Below are positions 19,122 through 29,256 of a DNA stretch of 64,000 nt, piece by piece (position 1 is the stretch's first letter; each line of letters starts with the position of its first letter). The notes under the pieces were generated by a model. It did no database searches. It had not been told where the DNA came from and was given only the letters and a program-made list of their open reading frames with translations. The translations under genes were made by a program, and so were the position numbers. This DNA comes from a virus. Location: the IMG/VR virus record IMGVR_UViG_3300046787_000675, positions 1 to 64,000 of that record; one strand, 5' to 3'.

Positions 19122-20453
19122 CTATTTTCCTTTTAAGTTATTGTATTCTTCTGCTATTTTATCTTCCCACGGCGGAAACATAAGTTCGGAACCGATCGCA
19201 TAACATCTTTTATCTATGTTCTGCTTCCAGAACTCCAGCAACTTATCTCTATGTGCGGGAGTAGATAAACCGGTTATAAACGTTCTAAGAGTATATCCCA
19301 TTAGCTTATTTGCAGAACAACTGCTACAAGATCCTTTTTTAGCTATCTCTTCATTAAATTCCTTTGTATTGTTACGTATAAGATCTGTATCGAATAACTC
19401 TGGAATAAGCTTAATTAATGCGGAGGAATGGTGTCCTATAGATAAGGTATCCAGTTTAGTCTGCTCCATTATTTTTACTATATCATCCAGTCTTGTTTTC
19501 TCGGTATAACTTAACAGTAATCTTTGCCGGGTGTTTCCCGGTGCCGAAAGTTCTACTTGACGGGCAAGAGAAGTAAGCATCAATTCTATAGGGATATAAG
19601 GTATATACCTAAAAGGAGAATTTACCTCTGTTGTATATATACGCATGTAGTATTTCCGTAGCATATAGGAACACAACCGGTTATTGAAATCCGCTATTAT
19701 ATCCTTGTACGGTTTTTCTTTCGACGCGATAAAATTAGACAGGGAGCTCATTGTTATTGCAGGGGAGTACCATTTACCCGGATCTTCTAATGATGCCCCT
19801 AACGGGATACCGTTTAAAACAACATCACTTATTCCGAGACGCGAAGCAAGATATAAACCTTTATAGAAAGAATTTATAGGTAAGTCGCCGTATATGTCTT
19901 TACCTTTTTTATTCATTACTTCGAATACACCAGGATACTTATTTACAGTCTCTCCGCGAAATCTATTTACCTGTGCTGAGAAGAACCGGTGCTGCATATG
20001 CTCTGTATCGACAAACTTTATACAGTTGTCCCGGCGAAAAAGTGCACCGGAGTAGTTAACCGGTGATTCGCTCCCTATCCAGTAAGAAGCATAAGGATTA
20101 TCGAGCAGCCCGCTTCCTATAGCAATAATAACATGCCCTTTAAGGAAGGCTTGCTCTGTTAATGTCTTGTTATATGTATGTCCGGCCCCACAAAGTATTG
20201 CACATGCTCCGGCATGTATACCTACGAAAGGTTCGCGACTCTGTGCAATATTATCGAGGTGTACTTTTTTTCTGCTTAAAAACTCTTCATCGTAATTTAA
20301 CGAGTTGTCTCTTTTATCCAGGCGTATAAGTGTATCGGCAGATAATGCAGCTGTAAAGATAGCTTCGTTATTTTTATCTTTATAGACATCTTGAGCCATG
20401 GACACACGTAAATCGCGAGAAGAAAGAAAACTCTTCTTAAAACCGTATGTCAT
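19122..20453 (-). CDS. Divergent DUF115/Maf-like (sialyltransferase-like Rossmann) protein
   Basis: CAILCGAGHT, NSFYKGLYLASRLGISDVVLNG resemble the 'IxGxGPS' and 'AxxLGxxxIxLxG' motifs. Confidence 0.45.
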   Translation of the reverse strand: MTYGFKKSFLSSRDLRVSMAQDVYKDKNNEAIFTAALSADTLIRLDKRDNSLNYDEEFLSRKKVHLDNIAQSREPFVGIHAGACAILCGAGHTYNKTLTEQAFLKGHVIIAIGSGLLDNPYASYWIGSESPVNYSGALFRRDNCIKFVDTEHMQHRFFSAQVNRFRGETVNKYPGVFEVMNKKGKDIYGDLPINSFYKGLYLASRLGISDVVLNGIPLGASLEDPGKWYSPAITMSSLSNFIASKEKPYKDIIADFNNRLCSYMLRKYYMRIYTTEVNSPFRYIPYIPIELMLTSLARQVELSAPGNTRQRLLLSYTEKTRLDDIVKIMEQTKLDTLSIGHHSSALIKLIPELFDTDLIRNNTKEFNEEIAKKGSCSSCSANKLMGYTLRTFITGLSTPAHRDKLLEFWKQNIDKRCYAIGSELMFPPWEDKIAEEYNNLKGK

Positions 20454-20603
20454 TTATTTCTCCTTCTTAGAGGGCGTTTCCTGTGTCTGGAACTTATATG
20501 AACATACGTTACATCGCCTTTCCCGGACGATGCTGCTCGTGCCTGCTATCCTTATTGTGCGTAGTACACTACTATTATCTTTAGTACATTTGGGGCATTG
20601 CAT
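20454..20603 (-). CDS. 49-aa NrdR-N-terminus-like zinc ribbon protein (not in ORF track)
   Basis: MQCPKC..SSVLRT..IVRERRCNVCSYKFQTQE; abuts both neighbours. Confidence 0.75.
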   Translation of the reverse strand: MQCPKCTKDNSSVLRTIRIAGTSSIVRERRCNVCSYKFQTQETPSKKEK

Positions 20604-20810
20604 TTATAGCGTCCTTTCTTTATTAAACGGAATATCTAACGGATTTTTGCATATTTGTTTGTTCTGGCTTTTATCGCGAAGGGATACTTCGTTACCTTGT
20701 TCGTCTTTTATTACGAGCTCGTCTTTCTTTCCCCAGATCTTTTCGTACCCTCTCCCGTATGCATCGGGGTCGGACTCCGGGCGACGGGCATCGCCTTTAC
20801 CTGCTGACAT
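20604..20810 (-). CDS. Small conserved-looking phage protein
   Basis: MSAGKGDARRP..YGRGYEKIWGK; GAGGAG RBS. Confidence 0.65.
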   Translation of the reverse strand: MSAGKGDARRPESDPDAYGRGYEKIWGKKDELVIKDEQGNEVSLRDKSQNKQICKNPLDIPFNKERTL

Positions 20811-20981
20811 AAATTTCTCCTCGGTTTAATTAATATAGCTATTGAAATGTCCTTTTATGCTATATATGGTATAGATATACACTATTTATTTATTTGTGCA
20901 ATTCATAAATAGCTAAAAAAAAGAACCCCCGAGATGTAGAAAGGAACGAAACATCTCGAGGGTCCCAGCCGAGGGGAGTGT

Positions 20982-21227
20982 TTATCCTGTAGACTTCCGG
21001 TAATTATCTAACATTTTAGATATCGGAGGTCTAGCAGGATGTCTTAACATATCTGCCTGTATATCTGTCTCGAAGTTACTATGCTTCGACTTAAATACAG
21101 ATCTAGGTAAGTTTACGGACCTTAAATTTTTGGCTGTTGAACCGTTCATAAAGTTTTTAGTCGCGTTCCCTACTGATGCAGAAAACGCTGCGGTACTTCC
21201 AGCCGAAGCTTCTTTGTCTATACTCAT
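20982..21227 (-). CDS. Small putative virion protein (KEA motif)
   Basis: MSIDKEAS; AAGGA RBS. Confidence 0.55.
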   Translation of the reverse strand: MSIDKEASAGSTAAFSASVGNATKNFMNGSTAKNLRSVNLPRSVFKSKHSNFETDIQADMLRHPARPPISKMLDNYRKSTG

Positions 21228-21278
21228 TACATATATCCTTTCTTAAATATATCTTCCCTTTTCATTACAGCAATATAT

Positions 21279-22028
21279 TTAACGGGAAGAAATGTTTAAA
21301 TATTGCTGTGCTTGTCGCTTAAGTTCTTCATTATACTTATTCTGAAGGTAAGAATCGTAAACCTCGTAATAGCGCGGATCTTGTTCTCGCGTCATGCCTC
21401 TGTGTTTCTGTAGATATTTATTCCAGTCCCCTTTATATTCTACAGCTGTCCTATGTTGCATCATTTTTATCGCGAGTTTCTTGTACAGCTCTTGTTGTTC
21501 CGGAGTATTTCCCATGTCCCCTATGCCCGTTCCTCCTCTGTTAATATAATCGAAGTTCTTATCGTAGCCACGCAGATTTCTATTGTTACCGTGCAACGCG
21601 AATTTATCCGCCTGCGTTATTAATCCCTTCAGGTAGGTACTTAATTCCGGTTCATTACTTAGAATCTTTTCGTAGCGTCCTCCGGGAGCGTAGTCCTGGA
21701 GATAACCTTTATTTAGTTGCACCGGGCCGTATGCCGTTGTTCCTGGGTTTTGGTTGTAATTGGCACGAATAAACCGCGATCCTTTAGTAGCGGTATGTTC
21801 TGCCTCCGATACAGCATCGTAATGTAATTCCGGTGAAGCTTTCTTTAACCAGTCCTGATAAGAAGGTCTAACCAGAGGGGCTCTCTTTGGTTTTACCAGA
21901 GGGATATTCGCCCCGGCAGCAGCTTTAGCTCCGGCAGCAGCCGGGCTTGTATCTGCAGCTACTTTAAATATTATTGTCTCAGGTTTATATAAATAACCTT
22001 CGATATATGCTGCTGTATTTATATCCAT
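21279..22028 (-). CDS. Putative virion-associated lysozyme-like/transglycosylase protein with N-terminal signal
   Basis: AYIEGYLYK signal; 'AVSEAEH...TTAYGPVQLN' resembles the catalytic Glu + AxGxxQ motif; C-terminal 'RYYEVY'. Confidence 0.5.
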   Translation of the reverse strand: MDINTAAYIEGYLYKPETIIFKVAADTSPAAAGAKAAAGANIPLVKPKRAPLVRPSYQDWLKKASPELHYDAVSEAEHTATKGSRFIRANYNQNPGTTAYGPVQLNKGYLQDYAPGGRYEKILSNEPELSTYLKGLITQADKFALHGNNRNLRGYDKNFDYINRGGTGIGDMGNTPEQQELYKKLAIKMMQHRTAVEYKGDWNKYLQKHRGMTREQDPRYYEVYDSYLQNKYNEELKRQAQQYLNISSR

Positions 22029-22100
22029 CTGTCGTATCTCTCTTTTGCTTTATTATAAAAATAAACCCTATATCTTAAAAAACGAACACATATTCGTTTT

Positions 22101-22523
22101 CTAGGAAATGTTATCGTATATATCACTATAGAGAAAACCTTCGAAGGAAGGCGCGCTCTCCGATATTTGCAGGGCGTTTGTCAAGAAACCGCAGGTTACA
22201 TCTATTAACTCGCTTATAACTTCCGGTGGTGTAGTTGTTACATCGTACATTATTCTCTCTGTAAGATCTCCGTGGACCGGTTTGTTAATATTGTCTGCCT
22301 GTTCCTTTAGCGACAGTTCTATTGCATCTAGCATTTTAGTTAGATGATCCGACATCTCTTTCGTTGTCGACACCAGACACACTACACCGTTCTTCTTAGT
22401 GTAGTTATCCGGATTCTTTAAAAATGTTTCGAACTTCCTTTTATATTCTTTGTATTCTCCGTACTTTCTTACGAAGTTAAACAACCTTCTCTCGATATCG
22501 ATTTCCTGTTCTCGGCTAAACAT
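22101..22523 (-). CDS. Hypothetical protein
   Basis: 140 aa, AAGGAG RBS. Confidence 0.7.
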   Translation of the reverse strand: MFSREQEIDIERRLFNFVRKYGEYKEYKRKFETFLKNPDNYTKKNGVVCLVSTTKEMSDHLTKMLDAIELSLKEQADNINKPVHGDLTERIMYDVTTTPPEVISELIDVTCGFLTNALQISESAPSFEGFLYSDIYDNIS

Positions 22524-22684
22524 AGTTACTCCTTCATTTTTTTAGGTATTCGTCAACGTTAACCGTCGGTTTGTATTTCTCTGTCCAGCGTTCCGGCAGG
22601 ACTATCTTCTGTTTACAATCTTTGCAATATGCATTGTTCTTAGATAAATGTAAAATTCGAATATGTGCACACATATATAAATTC

Positions 22685-24493
22685 CTATTTTGTTGTTAAG
22701 TTCTGTACGAGTTTATTTAGTTCGCCGCGCTTATACCAGAGATAACCGCAACCGAAAGTAAGAGAGTGCGATGCGTCGTCGGATTTACCCGAACGTTTTA
22801 AAATACGCAGACGCTCTATACCGGTGTCACCGGATCGAGTATCGCGATACAAGGCGAGAAAATCGTTGGTAATGGACTGCGAGGATTTGTACTCTGGTAA
22901 TAATACTTTTCCTCTCCCCAGCATAGTAAAAAAGATAATAAGCATACGCGACCGGGCTACTTGCAACCCGCGACGCATACCTTCGTCTGTAGGTTCGATT
23001 AAAGAAGCTGTAGCATCTCCGCCGTGATACATCATAGGAACTATTTTTTCTGGGGGAATGACATTTGCTTTGACAATAAGGAACTCTTGATTGAATCCCG
23101 CGCCGCCGGCATCGTGTACAAAGGCAGTAGGGTTAAAAGATTTCCATCTCTCGCCTAATACATTTACCTGTTCGAGAGGTGTCATGGATTTAGGCAGTCT
23201 TTCCATGTATAACACATCAAAAGGATCTGCGGGTACATCTGTCTCTCCTATTATAGACAATAAGGTATAGGAAGTAGCATTCTCGTTTCCGTAACCCGAC
23301 CAGTCCACGGACATAACAATCCGGCGGTATTTTTTCCGGCGCTGTAAAGCTACTGTTAGGTCGTTTAAATATGCGTCGAGAGAAACATGTTTAATTTCGT
23401 CGGGACGGATAAGCATTTCCTCGGAGTCCATAGGTATGCCTAAAATCTCGTTAACAAAGGTAGTTCGCGGGAGAGGATCTATATCCAATTCTGCGCTTCC
23501 TTTGTAAAATGCCCGGAGTACATCCCATTTACGTTTTGAGCTCCAGTGCGCGTAATGTATTACCTGCGGGACGTGTATTCCCTCGGCATAGGCAAGTCTA
23601 TCGGGGTACCGGTGTACATATTGTCCGTTTAGCGGTGCTTCGCCTAGAGGTCTATGACAATGTAAACATATTGGACCGTTTTCTCCTATCATTAACTCTA
23701 CATTATATAATCCGGATACAGAGTCAATGTCGTCGGAGGCAATACTCCATTTATTACAATGCGGACAGCGCGTCGCCCAGTATCCCTGGGAAGTTGCCCG
23801 GAATTTAACATCCAGTGTACCTGTTGTTCCTTTAGGTGTACCGGAGAAAAGTTTATCGTAATAGAGTTGCGAACCGGACATGCACTGGTCAATAATATCT
23901 GTGTAGGCAAGAACAATGTCTTGTGTCTCGTCGTAGTTTATCCCGTTTACAGAATATCCCCTTGCAGCATCCGGTCCCTTAAAGCAATGTGTGTACTGTA
24001 CTTTATTACCGTTTACAAGTTCCCTTTCCATAGCACGCTGTACACATTTCTTATCTGTAAATACACCGGGTACTGCATCTCTTAACAGCGGGGCTGCTTT
24101 ATCGACAGACAGGCGTCGGCTTTGTTCGTATCGCGGACACACCATTAAAGTATTGTACATAGTCCGCAACCTTCCCCGGAGGTAACTCGACGAGGTAAGG
24201 TTCTCAGATTTACCTACCTGGCGGGCACATCGCATTACTTTGACAGGCGCGCCGTTTAGATTGAAAAGAGGTTTAAATTGAGGGTAATATTGCAGGGAGT
24301 AAGGAGCTTTACCTAACTTACACCATGCAGCAAGCAACACATCTGTCTGTCCTGTTTGTTTAATGTATGTTGCTAATGTTTCGTAGAGGGCATTTGTTTG
24401 TTTCTTATTTATCTTGTCTCCCGAATTACTGTCTACGATATTGAATTCGGCATGTACTGTTGTAGGGGTTTCTTCGATCCTCGGCAAAAACAT
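22685..24493 (-). CDS. terL: Terminase large subunit (GpA-like, with Zn finger)
   Basis: Walker A CARQVGKS, Walker B INYDETQD, SGTPK, CPHC..CLHC, nuclease MSVDWSG, HDAGG, DDASHS. Confidence 0.9.
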   Translation of the reverse strand: MFLPRIEETPTTVHAEFNIVDSNSGDKINKKQTNALYETLATYIKQTGQTDVLLAAWCKLGKAPYSLQYYPQFKPLFNLNGAPVKVMRCARQVGKSENLTSSSYLRGRLRTMYNTLMVCPRYEQSRRLSVDKAAPLLRDAVPGVFTDKKCVQRAMERELVNGNKVQYTHCFKGPDAARGYSVNGINYDETQDIVLAYTDIIDQCMSGSQLYYDKLFSGTPKGTTGTLDVKFRATSQGYWATRCPHCNKWSIASDDIDSVSGLYNVELMIGENGPICLHCHRPLGEAPLNGQYVHRYPDRLAYAEGIHVPQVIHYAHWSSKRKWDVLRAFYKGSAELDIDPLPRTTFVNEILGIPMDSEEMLIRPDEIKHVSLDAYLNDLTVALQRRKKYRRIVMSVDWSGYGNENATSYTLLSIIGETDVPADPFDVLYMERLPKSMTPLEQVNVLGERWKSFNPTAFVHDAGGAGFNQEFLIVKANVIPPEKIVPMMYHGGDATASLIEPTDEGMRRGLQVARSRMLIIFFTMLGRGKVLLPEYKSSQSITNDFLALYRDTRSGDTGIERLRILKRSGKSDDASHSLTFGCGYLWYKRGELNKLVQNLTTK

Positions 24494-24684
24494 CTAGGTT
24501 CCCTTTAGTTTAAAGCACATTCTATTTAATAACGGGTCTCGTGTAGTTATATAGTCGTCCGGTGTATACGGGACATCTGTATAAATAAAGACCTGACAAA
24601 GCTGCAATTGTGCATATTGCATCTGCTCTTCGTCCGACTTGTTTTTTACTGCAGCTAAACTGCAGCTGTAGGTTTCTAATCTTT

Positions 24685-25395
24685 TCATTGAAATAAATTC
24701 TTATATCTTTCTCGTATTTTAATACTTTCACTACTTCCTTTACTATTAGGACGTGTAGATATACCGTTAGGATTATTAAAATATGTCCCTACGGTAGTCT
24801 CTATTCTTTTAAATTTAATACCGTTAGCTACGCACCTTAACCAGAACTCGTAGTCGGCGGCAGATTCGTACTGTTCATCGAATTTCCCTATTTTATCGTG
24901 TATACTTTTTCTCCACATAGGATGATTGTGCGGAGGATTTCCTCCTCTAAAATTAATAACTGTTGGTTCTAAGCCCTGTATGTATTTTATATTTATCCCT
25001 TTTGTGTTAGTGACGTTCGGTTTATTTGTTACTATGACCTGTCCGTATACAACATCTATGTGGTCGCGAACATTATCGAAGGCTGCTATCTGTAGAGCAA
25101 GACTGTGTTCAAATCTCCCGTCGTCAACATTCCAGTTACAGACTAAAGGAGATTCGGCAAGATCCAGTCCCTTATTCCATGTCTCATATATAGTGTATTT
25201 TTTATCCAGACGTATATAGGATATATTCGGGTGTGTTAGCTTCCGACATATATTTTCTGTATTATCTGTAGAAGCGGCATCGAGCAGTAATACTTGTATA
25301 TCTTTAATGCACGACTGTTTTAATACATTATTTATAAATGCGGGTAAAAATTTATCGGCATTATACAATGAGGAGATAACAGTACATTTATACAT
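24685..25395 (-). CDS. GT2 family glycosyltransferase
   Basis: VISSLYN, LLDAASTDNT, WNKGL, WNVDD, FDEQYESAADYEFWLR. Confidence 0.92.
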   Translation of the reverse strand: MYKCTVISSLYNADKFLPAFINNVLKQSCIKDIQVLLLDAASTDNTENICRKLTHPNISYIRLDKKYTIYETWNKGLDLAESPLVCNWNVDDGRFEHSLALQIAAFDNVRDHIDVVYGQVIVTNKPNVTNTKGINIKYIQGLEPTVINFRGGNPPHNHPMWRKSIHDKIGKFDEQYESAADYEFWLRCVANGIKFKRIETTVGTYFNNPNGISTRPNSKGSSESIKIRERYKNLFQ

Positions 25396-25506
25396 CTTTT
25401 TGTTCCTTTAAAAAGACCCCTGTTTCTGTCTGTTATTGGAGTCGGGAGTTTGGGTAGGGGAGTCATAGCAGGACGCTATATAAAAAGAGCAGAAACAGGG
25501 GTAAAA

Positions 25507-26406
25507 TTATGCCGGGGCATTCTCTCTATATAATTTATACTTATCTTTTTCTTTTTTAATAAGCATATTTAAGTATTCTTCTTTTTCTTTTGCTTCGCGA
25601 GCTTTTCTATAATAATTATAGATCATTGCCAAGGTCAATGCACCTGTACCGATTGTAAGGGGTACTTTATATTTGTTAGTAAATTTCATTAAAGGATCCA
25701 GGCTCCCGGATATTGCTTTACCGTATTCGCTGAATTCGTTTATCTTTTCATTGGCACGTTCGCCTACGCTACCTACTGTTTCCGTAGCTTTCTCTACTAA
25801 ATTATTTATCTTATCTACCGTGCCTTTCTTCTCTGCCGATTGCAGGACTTTACCTAGAGGGTCTACAACATTGGTTATAGAATTAGCTGTATTAGCTAAG
25901 TTAGACACAAGGTTCTGTGTACCTTCGGCGTTTAAACCTTTAGATATACCTCTTAATGTGTCTAGTGCTTTTATCCCGCCGATAATAGATCCTCCTTGGA
26001 GACCTCCCATTACTCTGTTTTTCATATTAGCGTTTGTTAACATAGCATCTTTGACTTTTGCTAATTGTTCCGGTGTGTAATCTGCATATTTCTTAGAGGA
26101 TAGATCGTTTAATATATTATGCTCTGCTTTAGCAAGGGCTGCTTTGCGGCGTCCTCTGCTGCCTAAGAAACCGGCTAAACCTGCAAGACTGTATTTTGCA
26201 TAAGGGTTATCTATATTAGGCGTAGCATAGTAGGCAGTTGTTCCTGCTGCAGCTAATCCTGTATAGCCGAGCGGTCCGGGAAGATTATATAATTTCTGCC
26301 CTACATTTTTCATTGTACTGCCGGAGATTTCTCCGAGTACGCTCTTGGTACCGTCTGCCTCTTTATACAGGTAACCGTCTACATATGCTGCTTTATCCAT
26401 ATACAC
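25507..26406 (-). CDS. Putative virion protein with AYVDGYLYKEA signal and C-terminal hydrophobic helix
   Basis: Shared N-terminal motif; LTIGTGALTLAMIY. Confidence 0.6.
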   Translation of the reverse strand: MYMDKAAYVDGYLYKEADGTKSVLGEISGSTMKNVGQKLYNLPGPLGYTGLAAAGTTAYYATPNIDNPYAKYSLAGLAGFLGSRGRRKAALAKAEHNILNDLSSKKYADYTPEQLAKVKDAMLTNANMKNRVMGGLQGGSIIGGIKALDTLRGISKGLNAEGTQNLVSNLANTANSITNVVDPLGKVLQSAEKKGTVDKINNLVEKATETVGSVGERANEKINEFSEYGKAISGSLDPLMKFTNKYKVPLTIGTGALTLAMIYNYYRKAREAKEKEEYLNMLIKKEKDKYKLYRENAPA

Positions 26407-26412
26407 TTGTCC

Positions 26413-26958
26413 TTATACGGTCGCGAGTTGTTGGGCTGCGGCTTCTTCCTCTTCTTTTTTCTTTTTGTACAGTACATAGGCTGCAATTAATCCTGCTGTT
26501 CCTATACCTGCACCGACACCGTAGGCGAGTTTATTATCTTTAACATGCTGTAACGCGGAACCGACTATACCTTTGTCGTTTGTTTTAGTGTTCTCGGGCA
26601 AAGATACTTTCTTAACTTGTTTGTCTTTTTTAGCGATGTTATCTGCACGTTCTTGGTTGAGTACTTCGCGTTTAGCATCCAGTTTGCTGTTCTTTAAATT
26701 TGTAGCATTAGTCTTGTCATATGCATCTAGCATCAGTGCACCGCCTACAGATGTCGGAGGTATAGCTAATCCGGTAGTTATTGCTGTTGTTTTTGCTAGG
26801 TTACCGGCTGTTGGTTTTTTCAAGAAACTTGTATCTATTTTAACATTTAAAGGCGGATTCGCGAGTTTCTTTGCCTGATCGGATATACTTTCCGCTACTT
26901 TACCTGTGCCGTCTGCTGTCTTATATAAGTAACCTTCGATGTACGCTTTGTTATGCAT
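26413..26958 (-). CDS. Putative virion protein with AYIEGYLYKTA signal and C-terminal TM helix
   Basis: Shared motif; YGVGAGIGTAGLIAAYVLYKKKK. Confidence 0.6.
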   Translation of the reverse strand: MHNKAYIEGYLYKTADGTGKVAESISDQAKKLANPPLNVKIDTSFLKKPTAGNLAKTTAITTGLAIPPTSVGGALMLDAYDKTNATNLKNSKLDAKREVLNQERADNIAKKDKQVKKVSLPENTKTNDKGIVGSALQHVKDNKLAYGVGAGIGTAGLIAAYVLYKKKKEEEEAAAQQLATV

Positions 26959-27250
26959 TGTTTATTTCCTTGTTAAATTTCTCTACAATATACCTGTTCT
27001 TTATAAAAATCTAGGAGCTAATATCTTTATCGCATGACCTAATTATGATTGTACCGTTGTGTAGTACCTGGATATCGTTTATATCGTAAAGGAGATCTCC
27101 TATCCGGATAAATACCGGCGGGGAATATGTAGGCTCTCCTTTAACATATTGCATCGGTACGTCCTTTGTCTGTCGACATACCTCTTCTGTAAACTTCCGC
27201 AGTGTCATTTCGTGTCTCTCGTTTATTAAAATATAAACGATTAATGCAAA

Positions 27251-27562
27251 TTAAACAGTATGCCTTTTCTTTTTTCGAGGTATGTCAATAATAAGTTCTG
27301 TAACCAGATCATCGTCGTCTACTATCTCCGCTTCCTGTATACCGTTTTTCCTGCGATCAATATACTTCTCCAGGGATTCTATTGCCCTAACCAGTCCGTT
27401 CGTCCTCTCGGGGCCGAAACCTATTTCGTTTGCTTCGGAAAGGTATTCTTTTCGCATTTCCAAAACTCTCTGCATCTCCTCCAAAGTCAATTCTGTACCA
27501 TCTTGTAAGGTACAATAAGCATATATCTCCTGTTCTCGCGAGTTTAAAAAATCTTTGGACAT
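27251..27562 (-). CDS. Hypothetical protein
   Basis: 103 aa, AAGGAACAGG RBS. Confidence 0.6.
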   Translation of the reverse strand: MSKDFLNSREQEIYAYCTLQDGTELTLEEMQRVLEMRKEYLSEANEIGFGPERTNGLVRAIESLEKYIDRRKNGIQEAEIVDDDDLVTELIIDIPRKKKRHTV

Positions 27563-28181
27563 GTTCCTGTTCCTTCATTTTATCAAAAGAATAACCGTAC
27601 AGGTGTTTCTCTTCAAGGTCTTCTCTTCTTATTTTATATTTCTGTATAACACCTTTAATGTGTTTTCTCCGGGATTCCTGGAGAACTACATCCCACCGGT
27701 TTAAGCTCCGCAGCTTTAATTGTCTGTTATGTAACTCTACACCGAATAGATATTCGGCAAAGGCCTGTACCGGTAACCAGTATTTATCGAGTTCCGGATG
27801 TACAGGTCTCATAGACGGAATTATAGTCCGCAAATCAAAAGCATACTCTACGAACTTTATATCTGTGTACGCCTGTCGCGATATCCAGAATATCGTATCC
27901 CCTTTCTTGTGTTTATGCTTACCTATTATTGCTACCCGGGCGTACATCCCGCCTTTTGTATCGCGGACATAAGGACACACTACTCTATATGCGAAGTTAT
28001 CTATGTCTACGATAAACTCATCCTCCGGTCTATCGCGGTGTACTATCTCTTTAACGATTCTTATCATGTCCTTGTATCTATCGAGTTTCGGAACTTTACC
28101 GAGAACCGCGAAAACATACTGCTCCAGTCCCTCTGTTACAGGGAGACCGAAAGGATCAAGCAGTTCGTCGAAGACTTCCAT
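27387..28181 (-). CDS. Hypothetical protein
   Basis: 264 aa; 3' end overlaps next gene by 176 nt. Confidence 0.65.
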   Translation of the reverse strand: MEVFDELLDPFGLPVTEGLEQYVFAVLGKVPKLDRYKDMIRIVKEIVHRDRPEDEFIVDIDNFAYRVVCPYVRDTKGGMYARVAIIGKHKHKKGDTIFWISRQAYTDIKFVEYAFDLRTIIPSMRPVHPELDKYWLPVQAFAEYLFGVELHNRQLKLRSLNRWDVVLQESRRKHIKGVIQKYKIRREDLEEKHLYGYSFDKMKEQEHVQRFFKLARTGDICLLYLTRWYRIDFGGDAESFGNAKRIPFRSKRNRFRPREDERTG

Positions 28182-28196
28182 ACAACAGATACTTCC

Positions 28197-29063
28197 TTAA
28201 TGTAAGCCGGCAAAGACACGGACATTTACATTATATACACCGGCGTTATGTTCTATAAGTAATTTTAACCCGGAGGCAGACCAATTAACAGGAAATTCTG
28301 CGACGAGAGCTGTTATCTGTCCGTGTATTATATTAAGCACTTCTTTGCAATTAATACTGTTGTCATCTTCTTGCAAAGGCACAATTGCAGTTTGTATCTG
28401 GGAAACTGCTTTAAAGGTTTTTTCTTCCTCTGCTGTACAGATATGGATTCCTTTACTTGCTTCTTTTACTGCGTCTTTAAACCAGGCAGGTAATTGTTTA
28501 TCTGCCTCTTCAAGGATCTCTATTATAGTTTTTTGTTTAATACTCTTTCTGTGTTCCGAGGAAAGTAACCCGCTTTTGTCCTGGTCGCGCATACGCTGCC
28601 GGAATTCCTCTAACAAAACAGCATCCTGTTCTTTTTTTAGCTGTCTCTTTGTTTTTTTCTTTACAGGAGTTTCCTCTGCCTTTACCGAATCTTCCTCTGC
28701 CTCTACCAGATTAATTATATTTAATTGCTTATCTTTTAAATCTGTCGTGTAGGCTTCGAATCTACGTATAATATTGTCCTGTTGTGTTTCACGTGTAATA
28801 ATAGTTTTTGTTAATCTATACAGAATTGTATTTACTAAAGACATAGCGGTAAAAATATCAACTTCTTTATCTGCTATCTTTACTTTACCTACAACAAGAT
28901 TCTCAGTAGAGTTACTTGGTTGACTGTTAACCGGCATATTTACAGATAAAAGAAACTGCAATGCCACAGGATCTGTTTCGAGGAATTGATTAAGTACATC
29001 CTTAGCAGTTTTTATTAGTTGTTTCTTGGATATGTGTTCTTCTGTTTTTGTATTGTTGTTCAT
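28197..29063 (-). CDS. Hypothetical protein
   Basis: 288 aa, AAGGAAC RBS. Confidence 0.7.
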   Translation of the reverse strand: MNNNTKTEEHISKKQLIKTAKDVLNQFLETDPVALQFLLSVNMPVNSQPSNSTENLVVGKVKIADKEVDIFTAMSLVNTILYRLTKTIITRETQQDNIIRRFEAYTTDLKDKQLNIINLVEAEEDSVKAEETPVKKKTKRQLKKEQDAVLLEEFRQRMRDQDKSGLLSSEHRKSIKQKTIIEILEEADKQLPAWFKDAVKEASKGIHICTAEEEKTFKAVSQIQTAIVPLQEDDNSINCKEVLNIIHGQITALVAEFPVNWSASGLKLLIEHNAGVYNVNVRVFAGLH

Positions 29064-29256
29064 GTATCTTGTTCCTTTATTATTTATTCTTTCCTTAAAA
29101 GCAGCATTAACAAAACTACCGGCCAGAGAACGGCTACGATAAATGCATTACCTATACCTTTGAGATTAAAGCCATCGTGCTCTATTAAAAGATTTATAAG
29201 TAGCACCATCATTATAATCATTCCTATTAAGTAAAATGTAAGCATTGTCTGTTCCT

